Shown here piece after piece: positions 11,488 to 24,129 of a stretch of DNA of 64,000 bases. The notes beneath the pieces were generated by a model. The model was not told where the DNA came from. It did no database searches and worked only from the letters and a program-made list of their open reading frames with translations. Both the position numbers and the translations under genes were made by a program. Origin of the DNA: Zootoca vivipara (lineage: Eukaryota); assembly GCF_963506605.1 (NCBI RefSeq), contig NC_083285.1, positions 52,638,001 to 52,702,000 of the forward strand, given 5' to 3'. Positions within the stretch are counted from its first letter, which is position 1; every line of letters starts with the position of its first letter.

Positions 11488-12668
11488 GTATGTATGTTGA
11501 TTAAAATGCTGTCTAGTTCTGGTAAAGTTCTGTCTTTGGCTGAAGACAAATGATAGTTTTCTGTGCATTTCAAAACGATGATGTAGAGGCATAGTTGCCC
11601 TTGGATGTATGTGCATATTAGTAGTAGTAGTAGTAATAGCAGCAGCAGCAGCAATATTTGCTCCACTGTTGCCTCTTGTTCAAACAGGTTTTGCATGTAT
11701 TTTAAACAACACAAAAACAGAATATTCATTAGAAGAGATCATGAGATGAGTTCATAAGTAAAATGCTTCTTATGCTACATTCAGCACTGTGAAAACTAAT
11801 ATGTCTCCAGTCTTTAGTAACTGGCTGATAATTAAAAATAATCTGGTTAATCTGGATGGCTCAGACATTTGAATGATTCAACAGTTCACTACACAATTTG
11901 TATGAAGTGAGTTTTTACACTTCCATATTATTTGATACAATTCAATTCCTGTCTGGTTCATGTTAGACCTATGAGAAGATAAATCTGCTTCATTATTAGT
12001 ATTCTAGTAAGATAATAGTAGTTGATATTATCATAGAAACTGCTGTCTGTAGTAACTGTCTTCTATTCAGGTTAAAGTCTGCCAGTTTTCTAATGTGTTT
12101 TGTATACTAAGTTTTTATGTAAATATTTTCACACTGTTCATCAACCAAAAAATATCCTAGATGAATCAGTAACAAACAGGGCAACATCTACCCTTAGGTT
12201 TGTAGTCTAAAAGCCATGATACAAAAAGGGAAAAGAATCTATAGAAAAGAGAAAATCAAGAAAATCCATGCCCAAATTCTTAAATGTATGAAGTTCCTAT
12301 AATGACTAGCTGGGATGAAACACTTCAGGGAGAATAGGAGACTAAAGGAGCTACTTTTTCGGAATGGTCTTGCCTCCCATCCTTCCCCCTGCTGTAGCCT
12401 GATGTAATTCTGTTTGGTAACCAATTCCAATAATTAACAGCATTTATAGAGCATTTCAGGAAAACTAGGAACATGTTTTTGCAGAAGTAAAGTGTAGGTC
12501 TGGACTTGCTTTCATTTAGCAACATTGCAGCTGGCTAAATATGTGCTGTGTGCAACAGTACCCTTTTTGGCAGATACCCACCTGCCAAGAAAGTGATATC
12601 TGAGCATTAGTAGATATAGTATATTGTAGATGGAATTTATTGTGTAACTTCATTTCTCTTTCTTACAG

Positions 12669-12752
12669 GCTCCAGACAAACACAACATCACTCCACTCCT
12701 TTCAGCAGTTTATGAAGGCCATGTGTCTTGTGTGAAGTTACTCCTGTCAAAG
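12669..12752 (+). CDS. MTPN: Myotrophin coding exon 3 (ankyrin repeat)
   Basis: Acceptor ttctctttcttacag|. Encodes [28 protein letters not shown]. Donor |GTAAGA. Confidence 0.98.
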
Positions 12753-13267
12753 GTAAGAAGTGGAGACCTGCCTGATGGTATGTTAATCATTCAGCAACTT
12801 AACAAATTCCACACTGCCTTCAAACATTTCATCATTTTTTTTAAAAAAGCCTAATATTCATTGGGTGGAATCCAGCCAAGTCATGCGGGGAGTAGGCACA
12901 ATGAAATCAATGGACTTACATTGGTTATGACTTAGCAGGTGAGAGGTAAGGATGCTTAACCTTTCCTGTGTCTACTATTTCTCCCCTGCAATTTTCTCCT
13001 CTCGGTTAAGTTGCTTATTGATCTCAGTGGCTCTTTCCTATTACTTAGTATTACCCAGTGGGCACTATACAAAAATGGAAGAATGGAAATCCGTGCCCAT
13101 AGGCTCACAATATTAAAATAGTCAAGAGACAGAAGAAGAGAAGCTAAGGACAAGGCTTTTAACATAACTTGGGAAAAACTAAGCCTACAGTCAACAGCGT
13201 CTTCCTTTTTGCTATGATTTAGTCTTGAAAGTCTCCTAGAGGCTAGTCAAGCAAGGAGAGAAACTTC

Positions 13268-13357
13268 CATAGCTGCCAAGTTATCCCTTTTTTTAAGGGA
13301 TTTTCCCTTATGCTGAATAGGCTTCCTCGCGAGAAAAGGGAAAACTTGGCAGCTATG
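13268..13357. mobile_element. 90-bp hAT MITE
   Basis: TIR CATAGCTGCCAAGTT / AACTTGGCAGCTATG. 8-bp TSD GAAACTTC at 13260-13267 and 13358-13365. Confidence 0.9.
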
Positions 13358-16300
13358 GAAACTTCTTACAGGAAGTTTTAGAAGAGCCACATATTTAGTA
13401 GATGAAAAGCTTGTTCTAAGTGAGAGCTTGTCACACCATTGTACTGCACAGAACAGATGACTGCTTGGTGACTGGCTCTTCATGGTTTCTTTCCCAATGC
13501 TGCTACCTGAAGTTACATAGATGAAGATGCTGGTGAGTCAGCCTTCAGCCTCCTGCATACAAAGGATGTGCTCTGTTACAAAGTTTGGGCTACATGTTTT
13601 CTAGCACATTGGATAGACAATCTGGAATGTGGCTGATTTTGGCTGAAACCATTTCACAGACCACACACTTCACCTCTGGTCAGAATCAGAACCCTGCTTT
13701 GGAAAATCTGAAACTTGGTGTCCCCAGTGACTATAATGGGGAAATCAACAAATAGCTATAGTTGTTCTGCTCTCTGACATAATGAGATAAAACTTGTAGT
13801 CTCTTCTGTAGGACAAAATTTGCCATATTTCACACTGACAGGTGTAATGAGGAGTTGTGTTGGACAGCCTTACAGTTTAAGGGGAACTTAGAAAGAGATT
13901 TGCTTCCTCCCTGTGGTTTTGTGGGCAATTGGTATGAAAACGGCTAAATGATATGACAGAGACATCTCTAGTTAAGTAACCTGTAAGATTCCAGAAGAAT
14001 AAGTGCAGGGACTACCGGTAGGAATTATGATAAATGGAGGGGGGGTACTTTGGGGGGTTCAGTTAGCACCAAAATTTTTCAAAAGCTTTATCTTTGATGG
14101 GATGAATAGATGGCACTTTCTCAACATCTATGTCAAAGTGCCTGCTATATTGTTATGCATACTATATAATTTAGGCCAATTGGGATCTTTAAAATGTGGG
14201 GTGTGTTTTGTTTTTCAAAAGAATTCTCTCCCTTCAGTGGTTTTGTATGCATGGGACATGGAGGAGAGGAGAAATGCCGAGGCACAACACCCCAAAAAAA
14301 GTGTGGTGCAAACTATATAAACCTACCTGCTTGCAAAGCCCGAGAGATCCATCAACACCCTTTTCTTTCAGGGAAAGAGGGTGTATGTGTGTGTCCTCTT
14401 TTCTCTGTTTCAGAACTTGCAAGCCCAGATCTCATGACTGGCTCTATATTAGGAGCATCTATGCTCCTAAAGCTCTTCCTGCACAGCTATCTCACAGCAC
14501 CTCCACAAACTCTGGTACCTATATCTTTGTTACCCATCATAAGCTTCTGGCAGGCTTATGATGGTGCCAGAAAATGGTGCCTTGCCCTCCTTGAATCAGC
14601 AGCCAGGGAGAAAGCACAAGGAGAGCTTGACTCAGGTTGTGGGGACTCAATGAGACTTCATGTTCCTGTCTGCCTTGGACACTGTGTGTGAACCATGAAT
14701 TATTGGTGCTTCTCAGTCCATTATTAGAAGCCTTCAGTACTGCTGCTACTTGACACACAGTCACAAAAAACAGTGGAAAAACACTGGAAGACTTTCTGAT
14801 AAGTTCCACCTTGGGTACTGACGGGAAGTTAGAAGAAAAAAAAGAGCCCTGTAAAATCCTCTGGTTGAGAGCTACAGCTGTCAGTTACAAAAGTACACCC
14901 CTCACTTCCCTGGTATTTTCTTTATAGGGAGAGCATCTAGGGGTAAGAGAGTATGAATTTTCAGTGTTTGTGCATTTGAATAGGTCCTGAAGTGTTGGAA
15001 ACAGACAGGGTTGCCTTGGAACAGTTCATAAGGAAATTGCTTTGCTTTGGCTGACTCCCAAATATATGAAATATCCCACTTTGATTCTGGATTTTGGGAT
15101 TTGTCTGAAGCAAATGCACACACCCATAGTATGTGGTTGACTTCAACATTCTCAAACTAAACTTCAACATTCTCAAACTAAGGAAAATAAAGCCAATTTA
15201 TTCTGAGAGCTTTTCCCCTTTGGAGGTTTAATAGGACACATACCATCTCATGATAACAAAATACTGTGGTTCTCTTGAGTTAAAATTGTGTGTGTTTACT
15301 TGCTGTTTGTCTGAAAAATATAGAGAGAGCTTGCTAGGATTCACTCAGACTAAAACGTCAAGCCAGCAGAAGTAGGTTATGAATTGTCTTCTTTGTCCTT
15401 AAAGTACTTGTGGAGTCAAGTCTGTAGATTCATCTTTTGACTTTAAAATAAAGGCTTGGAAGCTAGTTAGTGTCACTTTGTGCTTTTTCAACTCTGGTAC
15501 TGAGTATATGGGAAGGGTATAAAAAGAACAAAGAGAAAATTTGGAGAAGACATTCAAGATTCTTTTTTAGTCAACGCCAGTAGTTTCTGCCTTTGATTCA
15601 GAAAGTGTATTTGATCACATCAGTATGAGTTTGCTCTATCACAAATGAGTTGATAGTATGGATTACTTTTTTTAAAAAAAAGAAGAAAAAGAAAAGCAAT
15701 TAGATCTCAGTGGATCCTGGAACACTGAAATGTGGTGGCGGTGGCTTGCTGTGTTAAAACTCCCCCCACCTGCTGACCACTTCCAATAATCTGCTGCCCA
15801 ATTTTTCGTTGTTTTAGATAGACGTGCCTTGATTACCCTACACTGAATTGATGGCATCGGTGCATATGCATGATTATATTTCTACCCCATTTTAACAATC
15901 TTTTTAGTCCTATAGTTGAAACATAGTTTGTATTTGAGATTTATTTATTTTAAAGTACTGTTGGTTTTCTTTCTATACTTTTCCGTGTATCTTGACAAAA
16001 CCTCTTGAGTTTCTAGTTTGAGTAGGAAACATTCCTCAACCCTTTACCCAAAGAGCAAGATACATTATTTCAATCTGCAGGCTAGTTAAAAAGAAATTAA
16101 ATCTATACTAGCTTCATAATGCAACATAAATGTTTACCAATGTTGTGGAACATTAAGACCCCTGTAGGATCTACAGCAAAGAAAGCATTTGTTCCTTATC
16201 CCCCCCCCCTTCTGCAAGTAGTACAGGAGCACTCAAGCCAGACGTCATTTCTTGCCCTCTGCCCCTTTTGCGTTCTTTTCTCATGGCATTTTCCTCCAAA

Positions 16301-16964
16301 TAATGTGGAGACTGACATGCTCAAATTGATTTATTATTTTACCTCAAAGTAAGGTGTATTTGGAAAATTTTCGAGTGTGGCGATTTCAAGTGAATGAGTG
16401 TTCCCAGACATAGCTGACACACTAATCATAGTGATTGGCTATGGTCTATTACAGCGTTGACTTTGACAGAGTGGAGTCATTAAGCATCTTTGGGCCATAC
16501 TTCTGTGCTTGCGGTACTTCAGACCCACCTGACATCCCCTTTAAAAGACAGACAAACCCGTGGAAAGTTGACAATCTACTTGAAGGAGAACATCAACCTT
16601 TCTTCTAGGCCAATGTCTGCAATAATCAAAGTGCTTTTAACTAGTGCATTTACTTGAATCCAATGCTCACCTTTTTTGGCCAAATTACGTTGCAAAAATT
16701 AAGGTGTGGATTAGATTCGATGGCACTTTTACATTTAACAGCAAATGCTTTATTTGGTTTCAAGGTTCTGAAAATTGAGGTGCGCATTAGATTCAATGGT
16801 GCATTAGACTCGTAAATATGGTAGGTTTTTAACTAAACAAGAGTTTCAATCCATTTATCTCTGAAATGACTGCATCTCGGAATACTAACTGTTGTAGAGC
16901 TTAACCTTTTCCAACATTATGTAAAGGTGTGTGTGGGTGTGGAGGAAATGCTCTGCAAGTCTGA

Positions 16965-16987
16965 TACACACACACACACACACACAC
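16965..16987. repeat. (CA)n microsatellite
   Basis: Read directly from the sequence. Confidence 0.9.
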
Positions 16988-17873
16988 CTCTACGCCTACA
17001 AGTAACCTTCTGGAGCTTTATATAGGTTACTTGTAGGCGTACAGGTCAATGTCATCTAGATTTCTTTAATTTCCTTTTTTTCAATTTCCTTTTCCTTCAA
17101 AAGTTGCAACACTTGGGACCAGATTAAACTAAATCGTTGCACTAGCAGGAAACCACCACAAGTCCTGCTAATACAACAGGGCTACCCATCCTCCTCCTCT
17201 CACCCAAAACTCCTGGGGGGGGGGGGGTTCAGGGGAAAAACCCAGACCACCACGTGTGGGGAAGAGAGAGAAGAGCAGTCCATCAGGCAAACATAAATAT
17301 TTGCACTGACAGAACAATCACTTTGAATTCCACCCTTGAGCTGTGAGAGGTCTTTAGCAGAATGGATCCTAGGCCACTAAAGGTGTATGCTAAAACTCCA
17401 ATGTATATGCAAAGCTAATAAAGGCTTTGGAACAGGATTGTGGCTGTGGCTCTGTATCAGAAGAGGAGTCAAATTGGCAGGGTTTGGGAACACCAGGGTT
17501 TCATCTGGATTTAATTGGCATTTTGTCTTAAGATAACTAGAACTGAGTCTTTTGATTGAAAACTTTATGTGTATTAATACTGTGAAAATACTATTATTCA
17601 AGTGGGCCCAAGAGGCTGAAGTGTCTTAAATGTGTTATTTGGATTGTGAGATTACTTAAAGCCTGTCTTTTTAATGGTGAATGAATTGAAAATGATCTCT
17701 CTCTTGTTTAACGCACACACCCATGTCAAGCCAATGTGACTCTAGTTGAAGAAATTATATAGACTGTAAAGTAAGAAAACAAACGTACCAGGACCCTCTC
17801 ACGAGAAACTGCTTCTGGTACATGTAATTCCACCTTTTCTCTAAAAGTGACAGCTCTTCTCATCTCTTTACAG

Positions 17874-17960
17874 GGTGCTGATAAGACTGTGAGAGGGCCA
17901 GATGGTCTAACTGCCTTTGAAGCCACTGACAATCAGGCAATCAAAGCTCTTCTCCAGTGA
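17874..17960 (+). CDS. MTPN: Myotrophin coding exon 4 (C-terminus and TGA stop)
   Basis: Acceptor cttctcatctctttacag|. Encodes [28 protein letters not shown]. The four exons total 24+38+28+28 = 118 aa, the known myotrophin length. Confidence 0.98.
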   Translation, partial: GADKTVRGPDGLTAFEATDNQAIKALLQ

Positions 17961-18398
17961 CGGATGGACTGAGATCTAATGTCTCTCCTGTGGCCTCACA
18001 CTGCTGCCTGTCTGTCACTCTTTGTATCTTCCAGCTTCTTCAGCTAAATATTGGGGAGGGAGGAAAAAAAATCACAGTAAATCAGACTAGTTAGGTACCT
18101 CTATCAAAAAGACAACCTGCTTGGAGAAAGTAGAAATCCATATAATTGGTTTCTCCTTAGGACTTTGTTCAGGGTACAATTTTTTCCCATTTCTAGCAAA
18201 ATTGAACCTCTGCTGGAGAAGGGGTGAAGAATGGAGTCTGAAATTTAGTCTGCAAACTTTCCTTGTACTTCTAAGTCTTGCTGGAAGTTTGTCAGACAGA
18301 AGCTCTATCCCTGTACTTTCTAACTTGTAAAGGCAGCAGCAGCCCTGTGCTGCTATGTTGTCATCTCCCAGTCAAGGCAGTGGGATAACTGTATCCCT

Positions 18399-18406
18399 GT
18401 GCCTTA
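18399..18406 (+). promoter_or_regulatory. miR-124 8mer seed match in MTPN 3' UTR
   Basis: GTGCCTTA is the exact 8mer site for miR-124-3p (seed AAGGCAC). MTPN is a reported miR-124 target in mammals. Confidence 0.6.
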
Positions 18407-20759
18407 CATAGGTTGTGCAATGCTGAAGGCTTTGGTTTATCATTCCCCAGTATTTAACAGTTGGATGCCACACTAATTCTGGCTGCCTATTTTAACATGG
18501 AATATACAGTGATAGCAGGAATGCATCTCAAAAAGGGGTGCCAAGGGATGATCAAAATTGTGTGGGGTTTTTTCCACCATCCAAACATTTTGTGAAGAAC
18601 CAGCCAGATGATAGACAGTGCTTAGTTCTGGGTAAGAGTTGCTCTTCAAAGACTTCTAGTTGGAACTTCCTCACCCCAGCACATCATAAAATTAACTGGA
18701 AGAAAGTGACAACTCCAGACCTATTGGTGCTAGAGGATGATGACTTTGCCCTTCAAGATTTAGACTCAAAGTATCTTAATTACTAAAGAAGGAATGGCTC
18801 TCAGTTTAAGTTAATTTCATTCTTTTAAAGAAGGCAGGAGCTTCCTTTGCCCTAGTTTCATCCTCAACACATTGATCTTGTAAAATGCATATGTCTCTGA
18901 AATAAGATTTGAGTCACTGCTATGGCATTGTTTATGAAAAAAGTAATTTGACAGATTAAATAGTCATGTTTCCAAAGGAAACCCAGCCTTTATTGCTGCC
19001 CAATAAAGGATGCTTCTTTCTACGTGACATTTCACAAATACTCTTCAAAGATGACATTTTTAAGGAACATTCAGGCATAAGGTTTTGTAATATGCTAATG
19101 TGTTGATTAGAAGATGCTGGGGCAAATGGCACTTGGATATTCTTCCTCAGAAACTATGGATAAATTTTGTATCATGTTAAAAATTTCCCACTGAGTTTCT
19201 ACTGACTTTGCATCAAGATGTGCAATACAATGTCTTCATTGTCATCCAGGTAACTGGCGTGTGCTTTTGTATACACATTTCATAGTATTGAATGTACCTT
19301 TTCAATTTTGAAAGCATTTCATTTAAATGGGAAAACCCCCTGTATACCCTAGTAAAACAGAATTAGGAATATGGCCTCTATAGACAATGCAAAATTGCAG
19401 GCTAGCATTACATCTTAAATTGCCGTTTATTTGTCCCTTATTAGCACTGATACCACCCCCAACATTCAAATATTCAGCAGCAAAGGGGGGAAGAAACTAG
19501 ATTCTTTAAAGGCATTCTTAAAAGTAGAACCATGTTAATCTGTTTTGTTTTGTTTTTTTGTATTGGTGCAGGAATGTGATGTAGAAATAGCAAGCTTTGC
19601 ATGCAGAGTCTGTGTAGTCATATGTTCACCTTCCTATGCGACACGAAAGGCTTATGAAGATGCTAATTCAGTAAATGAACATGTTCAGATTAATTTTAAA
19701 TCAAATGTTCTTAGTCATAGTAGGCATGATCCACTTAATATCTCCTGAAGTCAAATGAAAGACCTGATGGATCAAGTGAAGGAGAAATTGAAATTGTGTT
19801 TCATGACTGGCTATTTCATAACCCTGTGTCCATTTGCCTTCAGTCCTCCTTAGATAGTATTAGATCACTTTGATCCTCTTTCATGCAGTTCTTTGCCCAA
19901 ACATTTGAGGCTCTGCCTGCTTGCCTTTTCTTTAAAAACTATCATGTTGGCGTTTTGCACAGTTCTTTTTTCCTGGCACATCTTTATTTGCAACAAGAGA
20001 TGGATTCTGATGTGTGGCTATAATAAAGTATATTCTAGCCACTTGGGTCAGAATACTTAAGTGTTTGCTCTAAGCCAAACTAATGTTTCTGAATTTGCTA
20101 TAGCATAAAAGGTCCACCCACTGTTTTCTGTCTGAGAAATTAAGAATTCAAACCCAACTTTAGATCTTTGTGTGAACAGATCATGTGCTAAAATCACATC
20201 CTACTTTTCAGAAGAAGAATGATGGCTACCAATGTCTCATGCTAGCTCTTAAATAGTGAAAATTCTTGGAGTAAATTCTTTTTCCAGGTAGGAAACTTAA
20301 GAGAAGTCAAAGCTAGCACTCTAGAAATCAGATTCTAGCACCAATATATTTCCTTTCCTTTCAGATTTCAGATTTCAATTTAAAATAATGACTTGCGGTC
20401 TTAAAGCTTTCTGCTCCCCTTTGTATAGGCATTGCTTTCTTAACTTAGTTCTTTAATGCAGTACTAAATGGGTTAATTGATGGATAGAAGAAGCTGGTAA
20501 GAGTGGAATGTCCTAGTTGAGCAGTTGCAGTGTTGCATGCTAAATCTCAAACTGAACAGTCTTATATTTTATAAATGGGGAAAACAATCACATCTTTCTA
20601 CCCAATTGATGGAAGAAAAGTAGTGCTTTGTGCATTTTGATATTTGACCTTTTTCCACAATGTAACTATTTTGACACAGTTTGGTTTATCATTATCATGG
20701 TTCATAGACATTGGATTCTAAATGATACTGTGTTAAGTTTGTGTTGCAAGAATGAATGG

Positions 20760-20765
20760 AATAAA
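20760..20765 (+). terminator. Distal polyadenylation signal of MTPN
   Basis: AATAAA at 20760 at the end of the long 3' UTR. Other AATAAA hexamers at 19002 and 20022. Confidence 0.75.
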
Positions 20766-22841
20766 CTTGAATTGTGCTATAGAGAAATCTGAAGCTTTAT
20801 CTGCCTCTGTATACTTTCCACACTGTTCTCCCTTGACTGCCAACCTTATAGAATTATAGCTCTACTATAATCCTCTGCATCTAGCACTTTGCAACTTCAT
20901 TAAAATCCTTTGTAAAACCCTTTTTGTGTACCCCACTCTTACTCTGATATTAAGGTAGTTAAAATGGCAAACCTCATATTTTGGGAAAGGCCTATCTTGA
21001 TTAAGTACTTTGAAGCTCCCAGCTCAAAATTATAATCCTGATGCCTCTGATTTTAAGTTCGATTCTTCTGTCATAGTTAGATGAGGATGCAGAACATGTC
21101 CCTTAATACACATTACCTAAATCAGCAAACCTACAATTTTGGGGGATACTCAGAACTCTACAACTCTTAATTTTCTGAAAAGAAACATTCCCATATTAAA
21201 GGGATGTGTGAATACAGAATACATGCATGCTTATACCTCATTTAAATTGCAATTACTTGATTACCCAATGCCTGGGCAGGTTCAGGCATTCAACCCAGCA
21301 ACAAATTTCTATTTTTTAAGAGTATGCCTGAGCACTGAGGATCAATGCATCTGCTGTTGAGTGTAGTTATTTGCATATATGAATGTATCTGCAATTAACG
21401 CGACTCCCATGATTCTCTTGTCACACACACCCCCTTCAAAAGAAGAAGAAGAAATGATTATTTTAGCAAGTGGTGAAGTTAGGCAGTGTTGTAAACATAA
21501 AGCAGCCCCTACTCTAAAAGAAATTCCAGGGCCCAGAGCTCACTCTTTAAGAGTAGCTTGGAAACAGAGGGCTCCTTTTGGTCTGTGAATTATAATAGCT
21601 TCTTCATAGTTTTTCCAGTTAAGCTACCATAGCCTCCATCTCTGCAGTGTATAATGATTCACAGCAGGGCCATTAAAAAGACAAGTTGCACTGTGTCCAG
21701 GTTTCCTTCTAAATTATTTCACTGACAGAACTGAGATTCTTTCAATTTCCCATATTATTTAGAACCAAAAGGCTTTTACACACATCATTTGAAAAGCATA
21801 GATTTTACACTCTGTTCTAGCTATCCTTTTACAGGAAACTCCCACCAGCAACCCATGAAGTTCGCCATAAGTAGCTCTTACGAAGGGTTGTGCCTCTAAA
21901 AATGGTACAGTATAGCTCACTGAAGAGTACAAGGTGTGGCTCTAACTTGGTGACTTGCCTGAGTCTGGGAAAGTGCTGCTTCCAGAGAATTGCACGTTTT
22001 ATTGATTAGTATGCAGCACAATTCAAAAACCAATGTGGGTTTGAGAAGTTGTACCAAATGGTTGTGGTTCAGTGGGGATACAGAATGTGAAGCTGGCTGT
22101 AATGCAGCTCCCCCAGGATATCACCACCTATTTTTCAAAAAGAAAAATGGTTTCTAGTCCTCATGGCTGCAAAGTCGCGCTGAAGAGAGTGGGCAATAGC
22201 TTCTCTGGTAAGAGGGGCAGTGAAATGTTTCCAGTGGTTGCTGTGCATCCTGTGTACCCTTCAGCATCCTAAACAGCTCACTTGCCTCTTCTCATGACTT
22301 GTGTAGCCCAAATGAATCGTGCAAAGCTGCAAATTGCAAATTCAATTGTGCAAATGTGCATAATTTATACAAAAAGTAAAGAATTCTGTTTTTTTGTGCG
22401 CAGTTTTTTTTATGAAGAAGAAAAAGTGTGGCACCACACGGGGCCCTGCCTTTTGAATAAAGTAATAGGAGTGGTCTGTAAACACTTTAGGAGGGGTTGA
22501 GTTGAGACCGGAAGAGATTTGAGGTTCTGAGGACCACAAGCAAAGGTATGCTTGTGCAACGGGGACTTTCCTGCATCCTTCTCACTGCACCATCTTTACA
22601 CTCCCAGAAAAGCAGTTCCTGAGAGCTGAGGACACTCCTCCGATGACAGGTATGGGGAAATTACCAGTAGCTGAAATTGGGAAGATGGGCACATGTCTCT
22701 TGCGTTGTTAGCAAATGGCTTTGTGGATCCATTCAAACCAAAACTTGGGGGGGGGGGACACTTTTTGAACACTGGTGTGATTTTTGTGGAGGAATTTAAT
22801 TGGAATGATTCATAGCAAGCACCAACATCAGTGCATGGTTG

Positions 22842-24129
22842 CATGGGCGTACCCAGCGAGGGGCCGGGGGGCAGCTGCCCCCCCCAGAAGCATAAATTTT
22901 TTTTTTAATGGTTATAAAGTGATGAAACATCAAAATTAGGTAGGGCGATGGTGAATAATCAGTTGTTTACCACACTGAAATGGTGTAAAAACCAAGAAGT
23001 ATCTAGAGCCACCTAGCGACTGGTAGAGGAATTATGTCAGCCAGCCATTGGGATTCAAGGGAGGGAGAGGTCTCTAGCGGGCTCTAGCAGAGAGAAGAGG
23101 GAATCTTCTGTTGAGATATCACCATTGGGAGGTCCAGCCGGCAGCCTCCTCCTCGTCCTCTTCCCCGGTGATTCCCATGGAACACGACTCAAGGTCTCAG
23201 TGACCTGAGCACGCAATCAGCAGAGCTCATTCCAGCGTTAGCGTGGTGTGGCAGCAGCAGCAGCAGCAGAAGGAATACTCAGAGAGAAGTCCTTGCATAT
23301 TTACAAGCGTTTATTACAAAGCATCTAAAGCATCTTGGAAGATAGACCAAACGTGTCTGTCTCCATCCTCAAAGCGAAAGCAAGACTAACTAACAGCATA
23401 ACAATAGTACAACCCACGGAAATATATATCATGTGACATACATATTCAACATCCTCTTCCAAGTCTGTTCCTGTTTAAGGTGGAACAGAATCTATTATGA
23501 AATCCTAACAAAACTCCCCCATTCTGTGTAACCTTAAACCTCTGTAATCCCAACTGTAGCTTTGGCACATCCATCTTTAGTTGTTCTCCATTAACAAATC
23601 CTAACATCTTCTAGAGGGGTCTAGTGAGTTCCGCGTCACTAAACTGAGCCGCCCAGCGCTAAACTGAGCCGCCCGCTATTAGTTTACCTTTTTATTTACA
23701 CTTAGAAGACATCGAGGCTGCCTAAATGGATATAAGAAACTGGTTCCAAAAAGGTAAGTACTTTCTGTAGAAAATTAAATTTTAAAGGGTAAAGACCTGG
23801 CTCAGAAGTACAATGGGAGAGGACAGACTGAGGGTTGTGTTTGATGAGCGTCCATCGGAAATTCTTCAAGGAAAATCAGTTTTGAACAAATTTTATTCAA
23901 ACCCAAGAAAAATGATATTAGTATACTGTATAGGACATGTAACTAGAATAATTTTTTTTAAAAAAATTCAAGCAAATAATTGTAATAACTACCGTAATAA
24001 AGCACTGCTATAATTATATATAATTTTCTTAAAATTTTGGTTTCATTCGCCTTTTCTGTGCTGAAATGTCACAACCTGTACGACCATGGCTTGCCCCCCC
24101 CTTTAGTTTTGATCCTGGGTAAGCCCCTG
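22842..24129. mobile_element. hAT (Tip100-like) non-autonomous element containing a solo LTR
   Basis: TIRs CATGGGCGTACCCAG / CTGGGTAAGCCCCTG (13/15 match). 8-bp TSD CATGGTTG at 22834-22841 and 24130-24137. Confidence 0.85.
23109..23606 (-). mobile_element. Solo LTR nested in the hAT element
   Basis: TG...CA termini (TGTTGAGAT / ATCCTAACA). 5-bp TSD TCTTC at 23104-23108 and 23607-23611. Minus-strand AATAAA at ~23310. Confidence 0.75.

Larger units (their letters stand above)
17961..20782 (+). other. MTPN: MTPN 3' UTR (~2.8 kb)
   Basis: Repeat-free AT-rich stretch after the stop, ending in GGAATAAACTTGAATTGTGCTA, which resembles my recollection of the mammalian MTPN mRNA end. The exact cleavage site is inferred. 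Confidence 0.75.

Noticed and set aside
14003-14809. Cluster of 100-165-aa ORFs in MTPN intron 3
   Set aside because: No recognisable domain or consistent splice signals. MTPN is complete without them.
15140-15181. 21-bp perfect tandem duplication ACTTCAACATTCTCAAACTAA
   Set aside because: Ordinary slippage duplication deep in an intron.
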